64,000 bases of DNA from Raoultibacter sp. (GCA_036649035.1 JAVWCK010000001.1:4856-68855); one strand, 5' to 3'; positions 18,266-28,187 are shown, counted from the first letter of the stretch. Notes: a model not told the origin generated them from the letters alone. Made by a program: numbers and translations.

Positions 18266-20466
18266 TATGCACCCACTTTCTTCACCGTTACCATGACTTC
18301 TTGCGTCATAGCTGAACCGTAAGCCGGCTCGATATGGAAGGGCACGAAGTCCATTTGGCGCAAGCCCACACCATAGGCTGTGTGCTGTTCAGGCACCGAA
18401 CACCCATAGTGGCTGGGCAGATACAGCGCCGTTGGGTTGAGGCGCTGGGTCACCTTGACGCGGGTTTTACCCACGTGTGAATTCGATGTGACCTCCACCT
18501 CGTCGCCATCGGATATACCCAGCTTGGCTGCCGTATCGGCATTGAGCCAGACGCGCGTCAAATCGTAATCCTTCGTGATCTGCATCAAGTCTTCGGTATT
18601 CACCGTTTGCGTGTGGCTGTGGATAGCCTGTTTGCCACCGATAAGGCGCAGTTCGCCACCCATCGGCATCGTATCGGGCTCCAACCATTCAACGCTAGCC
18701 GGAAGCCCTGCCTTCTCACAGGCTTCACTGGTGAACTGAATCTTTCCCGTAGGGGTCTTCCACTTGGGCGGCTTACCGTAGACAAAGGCTTTTTCCGGGA
18801 AGTGAGCCGTTCCCACTTGACGCAAGGTATCCAGGGAAAGCCCCACCGTTTTCAGTTGGGCATCAGCCAGCTCTTCGACACTGAAGCCGAAGGCATCGCC
18901 AACGCCGCACGCCGCAGCCAGTTCGCTGAAAATCTGATCGACGGGGCGAGTATTGGGATGCACTTTTTCCAGAACCTGATCGCGCAGCGACACGCAAGGT
19001 ACCTTACCGCCGATGAACTCGGGAAGCTCAAGACGCTCAAGATAGCTGGTATCGGGCAACACATAATCGGCAGCCTGAGCCGTTTCGGTCATATGGACAT
19101 CGATGACCACGCACAGCTCCAAGTTATTGAGCGCTTCACTCAGATAAGCCGTATTCGAATAGCCGGCAGCCATGTTCGAATTATAGAAGAACATGCCCTT
19201 CATCTTGCCTTCTTTGGCCATTTGCGCCGCATAAAGATTCGTGCCCATGCCGGGAGAAGCAAGCGGGTATTCAGCCGCACCGGTCATCTTGGCTTCAACC
19301 TTGGCAACGGGCGGGAATTTCTCCTTATCAACAGCTCCCGGTGAAACGCTCGAGGTGAGCAGCGCGCCACCCTCTTGATTCCAGCAGCCAAGCAATGTGT
19401 TGAACAGGCAAATCGCACGTGCTGTTTCGCCAGAGTTCTTGTAGGCGCACCCAAACCCGCCGCGCCAGCCCGCTTCGATGGAAGCGGCAGGAGCAGCCTG
19501 AGCGAACTCGACGGCAAGACGTTTGATGGTGGAAGCATCGATGCCGGTGACGCCCTGCGCCCAGCCAGGAGTGCATTCTACAATCTTGGCAGCCCACTCC
19601 TCAAAGCCAACCGCGTTGGCAGCCACATACTCCTTGTCATAGAGACCTTCGGTCACCAGCACGTTGGACATGGCCAAAATCAGAGCCAAATCGGTACCGG
19701 GATTGATTGCCACCCATTCGTCGGCCAGCGTAATGGTGTTGTTGCAGCGCGGATCGACCAAAACGACATGCGCCCCGCGATCATGGGCTCTTTGCAGTTC
19801 TGCCACGGAAGACGGCCGAATCGCATCGGCGTAGCTGCGCCCGATGAACATGACCATCTTGGTGTTGGCAAAATCGCTTTCGTAATCACCCGCACCGATA
19901 ACCTGGGTAAAGCCACTTACCTTGGAAAGGTTGCAGGCTGCACCATGCGTATAGGTGTTGGGCGAACCGAGCGCATCCATGAAGCGCTTGGTGTAATACT
20001 TGCCGGAAGGGCGCGGATCGTGAACCAAGGCCAAGGCCTCAGGACCGTCCGATGAGATAATCGCCTTGACCTTCTCGCCAATTTCGCTGTAAGCCTGATC
20101 CCAGCTGATTGCTTCGAACTTGCCCTTATCGTTTTTCTTCAAAGGGTCGGTCAGACGATCTTTAGAATAAGCGATTTGCGAATAGCCATAACCGCGTGCG
20201 CACAACTTGCCCTGAGAATGCGGATGATCCGCATCACCGATAAGCTTGGTAAGTCGCCCGTTAACGAGGTAAGCCGTGAATCCGCATTTGGTGGAACAGG
20301 CATTGCACAGCGTATGAACCGTCTCGGTTTTTCCCCCGGTAACGGTATCATCAGCATGCGCCTGTTCCCAGGAACTAAAGCTTAGGTAACCAGCTGTCGC
20401 GGCAAGGGTAGCTACCCCTGCGCTGCCAGCCAGAAAGCTTCGCCTGGTTATTGCGTTTTCTGACAT
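18265..20466 (-). CDS. Tat-exported molybdopterin (bis-MGD) oxidoreductase catalytic subunit, Psr/Phs-like
   Basis: 733-aa ORF. It has the twin-arginine signal ITRRSFLAGSAGVATLAATAG and an N-terminal FS0 motif CNACSTKCG. The size matches polysulfide or thiosulfate reductase-type subunits. The substrate cannot be assigned from sequence. Confidence 0.9.
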   Translation of the reverse strand: MSENAITRRSFLAGSAGVATLAATAGYLSFSSWEQAHADDTVTGGKTETVHTLCNACSTKCGFTAYLVNGRLTKLIGDADHPHSQGKLCARGYGYSQIAYSKDRLTDPLKKNDKGKFEAISWDQAYSEIGEKVKAIISSDGPEALALVHDPRPSGKYYTKRFMDALGSPNTYTHGAACNLSKVSGFTQVIGAGDYESDFANTKMVMFIGRSYADAIRPSSVAELQRAHDRGAHVVLVDPRCNNTITLADEWVAINPGTDLALILAMSNVLVTEGLYDKEYVAANAVGFEEWAAKIVECTPGWAQGVTGIDASTIKRLAVEFAQAAPAASIEAGWRGGFGCAYKNSGETARAICLFNTLLGCWNQEGGALLTSSVSPGAVDKEKFPPVAKVEAKMTGAAEYPLASPGMGTNLYAAQMAKEGKMKGMFFYNSNMAAGYSNTAYLSEALNNLELCVVIDVHMTETAQAADYVLPDTSYLERLELPEFIGGKVPCVSLRDQVLEKVHPNTRPVDQIFSELAAACGVGDAFGFSVEELADAQLKTVGLSLDTLRQVGTAHFPEKAFVYGKPPKWKTPTGKIQFTSEACEKAGLPASVEWLEPDTMPMGGELRLIGGKQAIHSHTQTVNTEDLMQITKDYDLTRVWLNADTAAKLGISDGDEVEVTSNSHVGKTRVKVTQRLNPTALYLPSHYGCSVPEQHTAYGVGLRQMDFVPFHIEPAYGSAMTQEVMVTVKKVGA

Positions 20467-20520
20467 AACGTTTTCCTCTCTATATATCTGCGCATGAATT
20501 CTGTTTTATGACTGACCATA

Positions 20521-21201
20521 TCAGGCACTTCTTTCTGTAAGGCCCTGCTGTGCACATATTCCCACGAGCACATCGATAAGACCGATATAGAAGCGGGCAT
20601 CCTCTTCAATATGAAGAAGCTCTATCCGCAGTGCGGTCAACCATTCGAATCGTTCCATAAGAAATGTTCTGGCTTCATCCCGCATGCCCGTTCGCAGCAT
20701 GACGGCCATAAGATCAAGCTCAAGCGCCAAGTGATCGGGACATGCCTCAAAGCCTGCGGGCACTTCCATCCCCATCCGCTCGATGAGCTGTCTCATGTAG
20801 CGCGCGCTATCGCCCAGATACAACCCTTTGCTTTGAGCAAAAGGTGTCTGCGCTCCTGGGCCGTGCGACCACGCGGTGTAGAGGGACTCAACGGGTATAA
20901 CGGAATCGGGCAACCCGCCTACGAAATGCTGCGCCGCAAAAGCACTCTTTTCTTCGAACGTCGGCGGCGAATACAGCGCATCGACTTCGCCGGTGGAAAG
21001 AAATTCTTGCAGCGGACAACGCCGTCCGATCCGCTTTATAGCCGCACTTCGCTGACCGAATATCGTTTCATCCTGCAGTGCCCGGCGGGCACCGTCGAGA
21101 AACTCGCACCACAGTGTGGGCTTCGTAAGCTGGTTCCACTCATCGGCCTCCACGGACGCGAAGCACTTTGCCATCACGGAAAACATCTCTTCATCTTCCA
21201 T
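20521..21201 (-). CDS. TorD/DmsD-family redox enzyme maturation chaperone
   Basis: 226-aa acidic helical ORF with the family-typical PDHLALELDLMAVM block. It sits between two Tat-signal proteins. Confidence 0.7.
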   Translation of the reverse strand: MEDEEMFSVMAKCFASVEADEWNQLTKPTLWCEFLDGARRALQDETIFGQRSAAIKRIGRRCPLQEFLSTGEVDALYSPPTFEEKSAFAAQHFVGGLPDSVIPVESLYTAWSHGPGAQTPFAQSKGLYLGDSARYMRQLIERMGMEVPAGFEACPDHLALELDLMAVMLRTGMRDEARTFLMERFEWLTALRIELLHIEEDARFYIGLIDVLVGICAQQGLTERSA

Positions 21202-21258
21202 CGTCGTTTTCCCTCCTTCCCTGTCGTAGTGAATAAAGCGCTCGTGATTTCTTTGAAA

Positions 21259-22005
21259 TTATCCGAGCGACGGGGCTTTTGCCGTCGAGACAAGACCCTG
21301 CGCGATCACTTCATCCGCAATGTCTTTCCAGTCGATGAACTTAATGGCCCCGTTGGGACATTGCTCGGCACAGCGACCACACGCGATGCACTTGGTTGAA
21401 ACGCCGGTCTCGGTATCAACGACGGGCATATTCCAAGGACAAGCCATGTGGCACATACCGCAGCCGATGCACTTTGCGGTATCAACAACGCGCGCACCGG
21501 TCTTTTCGTCGGAATGAATCGCATGCACGGGGCAATATTTCATGCACTGCGGGTCTTCGCACTGCTTGCAGCTTTCAATGGTATATTGACAATCGTTATA
21601 GATGCCATCCATCGTGTCGACGCTGTGACCGTATTGGTAGTTAGGCCACACGCGTACGCGGGCGATGTTCTGGCAGACGCGGCCATCGTTTTTCAGCGTG
21701 CACATCATCTCGCAACGCTGACAACCCGAACAGCGCGCACGATCGGTTACGATCATCTTAGTAGGTGTCGTGCGGATCGCGATGCGACCGGAAGCGATCG
21801 AATCTTCGACGATGCCCCATTTCGCAAGTACGCCGCCGACAACCAGGCCGCCAACGCCGCACCCAGCCATCGCCAAAACTTGACGACGCGTTACGGTCTT
21901 TTTGGTGGAACCGGTATTGGTGGAATCAGTAGTGGATGCTTGCGCAGCGGCTTTTTGACCTTGCTCTTCTGCGGAAGTGTTCTCTTGCAGATTATTATCT
22001 GTCAT
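21259..22005 (-). CDS. Tat-signal 4Fe-4S ferredoxin-type protein (YdhX-like)
   Basis: 248-aa ORF. It has a 38-aa polar N-region, then TRRQVLAMAGCGVGGLVVGGVLA, then four Cys groups (CSGCQRCEMMC, CKQCEDPQCMKYCP, CIGCGMCHMACP, CIACGRCAEQCP). Confidence 0.85.
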   Translation of the reverse strand: MTDNNLQENTSAEEQGQKAAAQASTTDSTNTGSTKKTVTRRQVLAMAGCGVGGLVVGGVLAKWGIVEDSIASGRIAIRTTPTKMIVTDRARCSGCQRCEMMCTLKNDGRVCQNIARVRVWPNYQYGHSVDTMDGIYNDCQYTIESCKQCEDPQCMKYCPVHAIHSDEKTGARVVDTAKCIGCGMCHMACPWNMPVVDTETGVSTKCIACGRCAEQCPNGAIKFIDWKDIADEVIAQGLVSTAKAPSLG

Positions 22006-22102
22006 CCTAGTACTCCCCCCTCACTTTCTTGTCCGTGAGTCTTATAATGTTCGCTTGGAAACCCCACGTGCAGTTTTCCTGAAACCGCACGGGTAGAACC
22101 GT

Positions 22103-22193
22103 CACTTTCACTATCCCCTTCTCACACAACGTATCCATTGTGGAAGTGCACCGAAAACTTATATACCCTCTTTCGGGATAAATAGTGAAAGTG
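22103..22193. promoter_or_regulatory. 12-bp perfect inverted repeat pair in the divergent control region
   Basis: CACTTTCACTAT (22103-22114) and ATAGTGAAAGTG (22182-22193) flank a 67-nt spacer. The adjacent CCCC/GGG extends the repeat imperfectly. It lies between the Tat-ferredoxin start (22005) and the AOR start (22336). Confidence 0.35.
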
Positions 22194-22335
22194 GCCGAAT
22201 TACCCTCAAAGAGGGGATGTGGACGCCGGCGCGATTTGCATACTGAAACACGACGAAAAGGTCACCCGCATACCTTCTCTATCCGCCGAAGTCTCACACA
22301 ACACGTAATGACTTAGGAGATTGGGAGAAGAAAAC

Positions 22336-24456
22336 ATGGCTGACGAAAAGTCGTACGGCTGGGCCGGAAAGATACTCCGCGTCAATTTGACGACGGGGGC
22401 GATCACCACTGAACCGACCGAACCCTATAAAGCATATATCGGCGGCATGGGTCTGGCGAACAAGATCATGTATGACGAAGTTCCCGCTGGAACCGATCCG
22501 CTGTCACCGGAAAATAAGGTTATATTCGCAGTAGGGCCTCTGACCGCCTCGGGCACCCCCTTGGCAGGACGCACCACCATCTGCAGCCTTTCCACGTTCA
22601 CTAAAGATCATCTGGTTATCGACGCCCACTGCGGCGGTATGATAGGTGCCAAGATAAAGCTTTCCGGTCACGATGCCGTTGTGGTTGAGGGTAAATCAGA
22701 TCATCCGGTATACATCAACATCAAAAATGACAAAGTCGAAATCAAGGATGCCAAAGGAGTCTGGGGCTTAGGCACGCGCGAAGCAACCGAGGCACTCTGC
22801 CGCAAGGAAAGCGTCAAGGCCTGCGTTGCCACCATCGGACCTGCCGGCGAAGCGCAAACTCCCTATGCCGTCATCATCAATTCCCGTAACCACTCAGCTG
22901 GTGCCGGTGTCGGTGCGGTCATGGGCTCGAAGATGTGCAAAGCACTCGTCGTCGAAGGCGACGGCTCCGTCAATGTGGCCGACCCGCAAGCAGTTGCTGA
23001 ACTTTCCGACTATATGCTGCGTGAAATCATCGGATCGAACAACAATCACGTCGTGCCTTCCACCCAGCAAGAATGGGCAGAATACTACGACAAGGGATCC
23101 CGTTGGACCGCTCGCAATGGCCTTTTTTGGGCTGCTGCCGAAGGCGGGCCGATCGAGCTGGGCGAACCGAAGCCCGGCGAACTCAACACGGTGGGTTATC
23201 GCTGCATGAAGGCAACCAAGGATCTAGGTCCTGCCGCCGAAAAATACACCATCAAGATGGATGGCTGCCACAGCTGCCCGATTCACTGCTATTCCGATTT
23301 ACGCGTCGAAGAAACCGGCAAGAACACCGGTTTTGAAATCGCCGGCAACACCTGCGCCGCCAACTTCCCCGTCAGCGTGTACATGGAGCCTTTCTTGAAG
23401 ATGGGGCTCAAAGAAGACGGAGACCTCTCTGTTGTTTGGGACACCACCACCGCCAACACGATGGACGAACTGGGTTTGTGGTGCAATTACGCACAGCTTT
23501 ACCGCGACATCGCATACTGCCACACCACGGGTGTTTTCAAGCGCGTCTTGCCCGCCGAAGAATACGCTTCCATCGACTGGGGCAAGTTCGATCCCTCCCG
23601 CCGCGATCCTACCGTCATGATCGAAATCCTGACCAAGATTGCCTCCAATAAATCGGAGATTTCCTACCTTGGTCATGGTCCTTTGGTCTGGTGCGAACGC
23701 TGGGGCGAACAGAAGTGGTTCGACAATAAAGCTTCGACACTGGTCAACTACCGCGGCTGGCCCGTGCACCACTCCATCGAATGCTTTGGCCAGGTGGGTG
23801 CCGTCTACAACCAGATGTTCAACCGCGACGACATGATTCACTCCGCCGTCAACTTCCAAGGCTGCGGCTTGCCGATTGAAATCAAGAAGCAGATTGCCGC
23901 GGAAGTGTGGGGTGGCGAAGACGCTATCACCGCAGACAAGAACTACACACCCATGAACGAACACAAGGCCAACTTCTGCTGGTGGTCCATCGTGACCGAC
24001 GTGTTGCATGACAGCTTGACCTTATGCAACTGGGTGTGGCCGATGACCATGAGTCCCACCAAGGCGCGCGATTACCGTGGCGACCTGGACTTGGAATCGA
24101 AGTTCTTCAAGGCAGTCACCGGTAAGGATGTGTCCACCGACGACCTGTACAACGCCGCTGCCCGCATCATGACATTGCAGCGTTGCAACACCGTACGCGG
24201 CATGGGGACCAACGACCTGCGCGGCCAGCACGATGTTATCACCGAGTGGGCGTTTACCAAAGATCCCGACCTTCAACCCTTCACCGAAGGCACCGACAAG
24301 ATGGATCGCGAAGATTACAAGACCGCGCTGACCATGGTGTACAAGCGTTTCGGTTGGGATGCCGATAAGGGCTGTCCGACCGCTGCCTGCCTCGATTCCT
24401 TGGGCGAAATGGATGATGTCAAGCAGGAAATGCAGTCACTGAACCTGCTGCCGTAA
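22336..24456 (+). CDS. aldehyde:ferredoxin oxidoreductase (AOR) family tungsto/molybdopterin enzyme, long YdhV-like form
   Basis: The start is taken at MADEKSYGWAGKILRVNLTTG, the classic AOR N-terminus, preceded by GGAGAAG. The track ORF begins at a TTG at 22321. The protein is 706 aa, with no signal peptide. Confidence 0.9.
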   Translation: MADEKSYGWAGKILRVNLTTGAITTEPTEPYKAYIGGMGLANKIMYDEVPAGTDPLSPENKVIFAVGPLTASGTPLAGRTTICSLSTFTKDHLVIDAHCGGMIGAKIKLSGHDAVVVEGKSDHPVYINIKNDKVEIKDAKGVWGLGTREATEALCRKESVKACVATIGPAGEAQTPYAVIINSRNHSAGAGVGAVMGSKMCKALVVEGDGSVNVADPQAVAELSDYMLREIIGSNNNHVVPSTQQEWAEYYDKGSRWTARNGLFWAAAEGGPIELGEPKPGELNTVGYRCMKATKDLGPAAEKYTIKMDGCHSCPIHCYSDLRVEETGKNTGFEIAGNTCAANFPVSVYMEPFLKMGLKEDGDLSVVWDTTTANTMDELGLWCNYAQLYRDIAYCHTTGVFKRVLPAEEYASIDWGKFDPSRRDPTVMIEILTKIASNKSEISYLGHGPLVWCERWGEQKWFDNKASTLVNYRGWPVHHSIECFGQVGAVYNQMFNRDDMIHSAVNFQGCGLPIEIKKQIAAEVWGGEDAITADKNYTPMNEHKANFCWWSIVTDVLHDSLTLCNWVWPMTMSPTKARDYRGDLDLESKFFKAVTGKDVSTDDLYNAAARIMTLQRCNTVRGMGTNDLRGQHDVITEWAFTKDPDLQPFTEGTDKMDREDYKTALTMVYKRFGWDADKGCPTAACLDSLGEMDDVKQEMQSLNLLP

Positions 24457-24508
24457 TACCGCTTCCCTTCGATGGGGCGAAGAGTTCCCCGCTCTCGCCC
24501 CTCCTCTC

Positions 24509-24545
24509 AAAACACCCCCTGGAGCCCCACTCCAGGGGGTGTTTT
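24509..24545. terminator. bidirectional intrinsic terminator between the convergent AOR and folC genes
   Basis: AAAACACCCCCTGGAG, loop CCCCA, then CTCCAGGGGGTGTTTT. The stem is 12-14 bp, with an A-run and a T-run flanking it. Confidence 0.85.
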
Positions 24546-24583
24546 GCCCTGCTTGGAAAGGAGCAAAGGGAGGCGGGGGCTTT

Positions 24584-25897
24584 TTAGAGAGCTGCCTTGA
24601 TGTCAGCGAGGGAATACAGGCTGCCAAACGCGCACACGAGGCCGTCGGAACCGGCAAGTTCACGCGCGCGGGCAACGGCGTCGGGAATGTCGCGGGCTAC
24701 GAAGGTGCGCTTGCTAGCGGTGCATCCTAGTAGGTCTTGGCACGTCCACCGGATTGCGCTTGCCAGTTTATCAGCAGAAAGCGCGCGCGGATTGGTAGGT
24801 GCGATGGTTATAAAAGCGCTGCCGAGCGGCATAACGATTTCAAGCATTTCGGGATAATCTTTATCCTCGAGAACGCCGATGATGAACACGGGGCGCACTC
24901 CGGGAAAACTTGCCCGCAGCGAATCGACCAATGCCTGCGCCCCTTGGATGTTATGACCCCCATCGACAACGAAAGTCGGATGTGTCGCAACGATTTCGAA
25001 GCGGCCGGGCCATGTAGTCTGCGCAAGCCCTTCGCGCAGACACGTATCGTTGATATTCCACTCTTTTTCACGCAGCACTTCCACAGCTTCAAGAGCGAGC
25101 GCGGCATTGAAGGGCTGATAACTACCCATGAGGCCAATTTCGAGATCGGCGTATTTCTTATAGGAAAAGCGATACCGAGGATGGGCTGAGGTTGCTACCG
25201 ACGCAATCGTAAGCTGGGAAAAATCAGGGGTGCGCACCGTCGCTTCCCGGGTGGCGGCAACCTGCTCAACAACCTGCATGGCCGATGATTCCTGGGGCCA
25301 GGACACCACGGGCACCCCCTGCTTGATGATACCCGCTTTTTCGCCCGCGATCGCGGCGAGGGTCTTCCCCAAATACGCCGTATGGTCCAGTGCGATCGAA
25401 GCTATCACGCACACTTCGGGGGCGGCGATAACATTGGTGGAATCGAGCCTTCCGCCCAACCCCACTTCGAGCACAACGATATCGCACGCCTGCCGTGCGA
25501 AATGCAACAGTGCCACGGCAGTCATCAGCTCGAATTCGGTAGGATGATCTTCCATGGCATCGGCAGCCTGCTTGACACGCCGCGTGACATCCGTCAGATC
25601 GGACAGGGAGATGTTTGCACCATCGACGCGGATACGCTCTTCGAACTCGATAATATAGGGGCTGGTGAACAGCCCCGTTTTGTACCCTGCGCACTGCAGA
25701 ATCCGAGAGAGAAAGGCACAGGTCGAACCCTTGCCGTTCGTTCCCGCCACATGCACAAAGCGCAAGCCATCCTGCGGATTACCCAAGCGCTCCATCAATG
25801 CGCGGATACGTTCGAGACCCAGGCGCGAATCCATCCAGCGCGGTTCGTTGATATAGGCGATTGGATCAAACGCTCCCGGGTCGGAGTCTGCGGGCAT
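24584..25897 (-). CDS. folC: bifunctional folylpolyglutamate synthase / dihydrofolate synthase
   Basis: 437-aa ORF of the Mur-ligase family, with the P-loop HVAGTNGKGST and the folC-type VLEVGLGGRLDSTN block. Confidence 0.9.
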   Translation of the reverse strand: MPADSDPGAFDPIAYINEPRWMDSRLGLERIRALMERLGNPQDGLRFVHVAGTNGKGSTCAFLSRILQCAGYKTGLFTSPYIIEFEERIRVDGANISLSDLTDVTRRVKQAADAMEDHPTEFELMTAVALLHFARQACDIVVLEVGLGGRLDSTNVIAAPEVCVIASIALDHTAYLGKTLAAIAGEKAGIIKQGVPVVSWPQESSAMQVVEQVAATREATVRTPDFSQLTIASVATSAHPRYRFSYKKYADLEIGLMGSYQPFNAALALEAVEVLREKEWNINDTCLREGLAQTTWPGRFEIVATHPTFVVDGGHNIQGAQALVDSLRASFPGVRPVFIIGVLEDKDYPEMLEIVMPLGSAFITIAPTNPRALSADKLASAIRWTCQDLLGCTASKRTFVARDIPDAVARARELAGSDGLVCAFGSLYSLADIKAAL

Positions 25898-27336
25898 TAC
25901 AGCGCCTTCAGGTACTCAACGATCCCCGCAGCGGCACGCTTGCCAGCACCCATCGCAAGGATCACCGTTGCGGAACCGATCACCACATCGCCTCCGGCAT
26001 ACACGCCAGGAACCGATGTTGCGCAGGTTTCGGTGTCGGCCACGATCAAATTACGCGATGTTGTTTCCAGCCCCGGTGTTGTGTTGGCGACAAGCGGATT
26101 GGTTTTCGATCCAACAGCGATCACCAGCATATCGATATCGATTATAAACTCGCTACCGGGGATTTCTACGGGGCGGCGACGCCCGCTGGCATCGGGCTCA
26201 CCCAATTCCATACGAACGCATTCCAGCCCCGAAATCCAACCCTTGTCGTCGCCTAAGGCGCGGGTCGGGTTGGTCAACAGCTGAAAGCGGATGCCTTCCT
26301 GCTCGGCATGATGCACTTCTTCTGCACGCGCCGGCATCTCTTCCTTGCTGCGACGATACACAATAGTCACCTCGGCACCCAAGCGGCACGCCGTACGCGC
26401 TGCATCCATGGCCACATTGCCGCCGCCGACAACGACGCAATGCTTGCCGGTGTATACCGGTGTGGCGTATTCGGGGAACCGATACGCCTTCATCAGGTTT
26501 ACGCGGGTCAAAAGCTCACTTGCTACCATCGCGCCGTTGAGCCCTTCGCCTTCGATGCCTAAATACCCCGGCAAACCCGCACCCGTTCCGACGAACACGG
26601 CATCGAATCCCTTATCTTTTTTTAACTCTTCGATACTGAACAGCTTACCGGCAAGAGCGTTCACCTTGAATTCCACGCCCAAATCCTCGATGGCAGAAAC
26701 CTCTCGCGCCACCAGATCTTTCGGAAGGCGGAATTCGGGAATACCGTAGGTCAGCACGCCACCAACCTTGTGCAGCGCTTCGAATACCGTAACGGAAACG
26801 CCTCGTTTTGCCAGCTCTCCTGCGCAGGTAAGCGAAGCGGGACCCGAACCGACCACCGCGACGCGCTTCCCCGAAAGCTCCTCGATCGCCGTCATGCTCG
26901 CATCTTCAGCCTGCACCGCAGCTAGGGCAGCGGCGGCGGCTTCGGGATGCTCAAACGCCCAATCGGCAACGAATCGTTCGAGGTGACCGATACCAACCGG
27001 TTCTCCGTTGTTGCCACGCGTGCACTTACCCTCGCACTGATGTTCTTGCGGGCATACCCGGCCGCAGATGGCGGGAAGCGTATTGGTGTTTTTCACAATG
27101 GCGTAGGCGCGCGCGAATTCGCCTTCGCCAACCGCACGGATAAATTCGGGGATAGGCACACCAACCGGGCACCCCAACACGCAGGGCGCCTTGGGGCAAT
27201 GGATGCATCGCTTGGCTTCGTTGATCGCTTCCTGCTCGGTATAGCCGCAGGACACTTCCTCGAAATTCGTCGCACGCACTGCGGGATCGAGTGCCGTCAT
27301 CGGAGTTTTAACCTTTTGCATGTTTGCCTTCGCCAT
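25897..27336 (-). CDS. nfnB: NADPH-dependent glutamate-synthase-small-chain-like FeS flavoprotein (NfnB/SudA type)
   Basis: 479-aa ORF. It has N-terminal Cys clusters (CIHCPKAPCVLGCP, CGRVCPQEHQCEGKC) and two dinucleotide-binding motifs (VAVVGSGPASL, VVVVGGGNVAMD). It is paired with the NfnA-like gene. Confidence 0.85.
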   Translation of the reverse strand: MAKANMQKVKTPMTALDPAVRATNFEEVSCGYTEQEAINEAKRCIHCPKAPCVLGCPVGVPIPEFIRAVGEGEFARAYAIVKNTNTLPAICGRVCPQEHQCEGKCTRGNNGEPVGIGHLERFVADWAFEHPEAAAAALAAVQAEDASMTAIEELSGKRVAVVGSGPASLTCAGELAKRGVSVTVFEALHKVGGVLTYGIPEFRLPKDLVAREVSAIEDLGVEFKVNALAGKLFSIEELKKDKGFDAVFVGTGAGLPGYLGIEGEGLNGAMVASELLTRVNLMKAYRFPEYATPVYTGKHCVVVGGGNVAMDAARTACRLGAEVTIVYRRSKEEMPARAEEVHHAEQEGIRFQLLTNPTRALGDDKGWISGLECVRMELGEPDASGRRRPVEIPGSEFIIDIDMLVIAVGSKTNPLVANTTPGLETTSRNLIVADTETCATSVPGVYAGGDVVIGSATVILAMGAGKRAAAGIVEYLKAL

Positions 27337-27338
27337 GG

Positions 27339-28187
27339 TTATTCCCCCTTTTCTGCAGCGCAGAAATGATCTTCGGCAATCTGCGTCGCCCGCGTCTCAA
27401 ATGAACGATACTGCACGCCCCGCCGCATGGCGTCGTCGAAATCAACCAGATGACCGTCGAAATCAGGCCCATCGACGCAAGCGTGAAGGTAGTCGTCGCC
27501 CACTTTCACACGACAACCGCCGCACATGCCGGTTCCATCGATCATGAGCGGATTCATGGATACGAATGTCTTGATATGGTAGGGCTTCGTTGTTGCGGCG
27601 ACGAACTTCATCATGATGACCGGGCCAACCGCCAAAACCAAATCATAATCGGCCCCTTCATCGATGCGCGCCTGCAACGCCTGGGTCACGAGCCCCTTGT
27701 TTCCATTAGAACCATCGTCGGTCATAATGATCTGGCGCGTTGAGTGCGCTGCGATCTCATCTTCGAGCAGCACAAGGTCGATATTGCGGAACCCCGTGAT
27801 CACATCGACCTCGCAACCATTTTCGAAGAGCCACTTCGCCTGCGGATATGCTATCGCCGTGCCCAAACCTCCCCCGATAACGCACGCACGGCGCGCGCCC
27901 GCCAGTTCGGTCGGATTACCCAAAGGACCCGCGAAATCAAGCAGGGATTCCCCCGCTTTCATGTGAGCCAGCTGCAGCGTCGTTGCCCCCACCGCCTGAA
28001 AAACGATGGTGATCGTGCCCGCTTGCGGATCGCAATCGTTCATGGTCAAAGGGATGCGTTCGCCCACTTCATCGATGCGCAACATGATGAACTGACCGGG
28101 TTTGATTTTTGCCGCGATTTCGGGCGCGCTGACCACCATACGCGTGACTTCAGGATTGAGAGCTTCAACTTCAAGAATCGGATACAC
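27339..28187 (-). CDS. nfnA: ferredoxin-NADP reductase-like FAD/2Fe-2S subunit (NfnA/SudB type)
   Basis: 282-aa ORF. It has an FNR-like fold (GQFIMLR, VIGGGLGTA) and a C-terminal CGGCRV...C cluster motif. It lies 2 nt upstream of nfnB. Confidence 0.85.
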   Translation of the reverse strand: MYPILEVEALNPEVTRMVVSAPEIAAKIKPGQFIMLRIDEVGERIPLTMNDCDPQAGTITIVFQAVGATTLQLAHMKAGESLLDFAGPLGNPTELAGARRACVIGGGLGTAIAYPQAKWLFENGCEVDVITGFRNIDLVLLEDEIAAHSTRQIIMTDDGSNGNKGLVTQALQARIDEGADYDLVLAVGPVIMMKFVAATTKPYHIKTFVSMNPLMIDGTGMCGGCRVKVGDDYLHACVDGPDFDGHLVDFDDAMRRGVQYRSFETRATQIAEDHFCAAEKGE

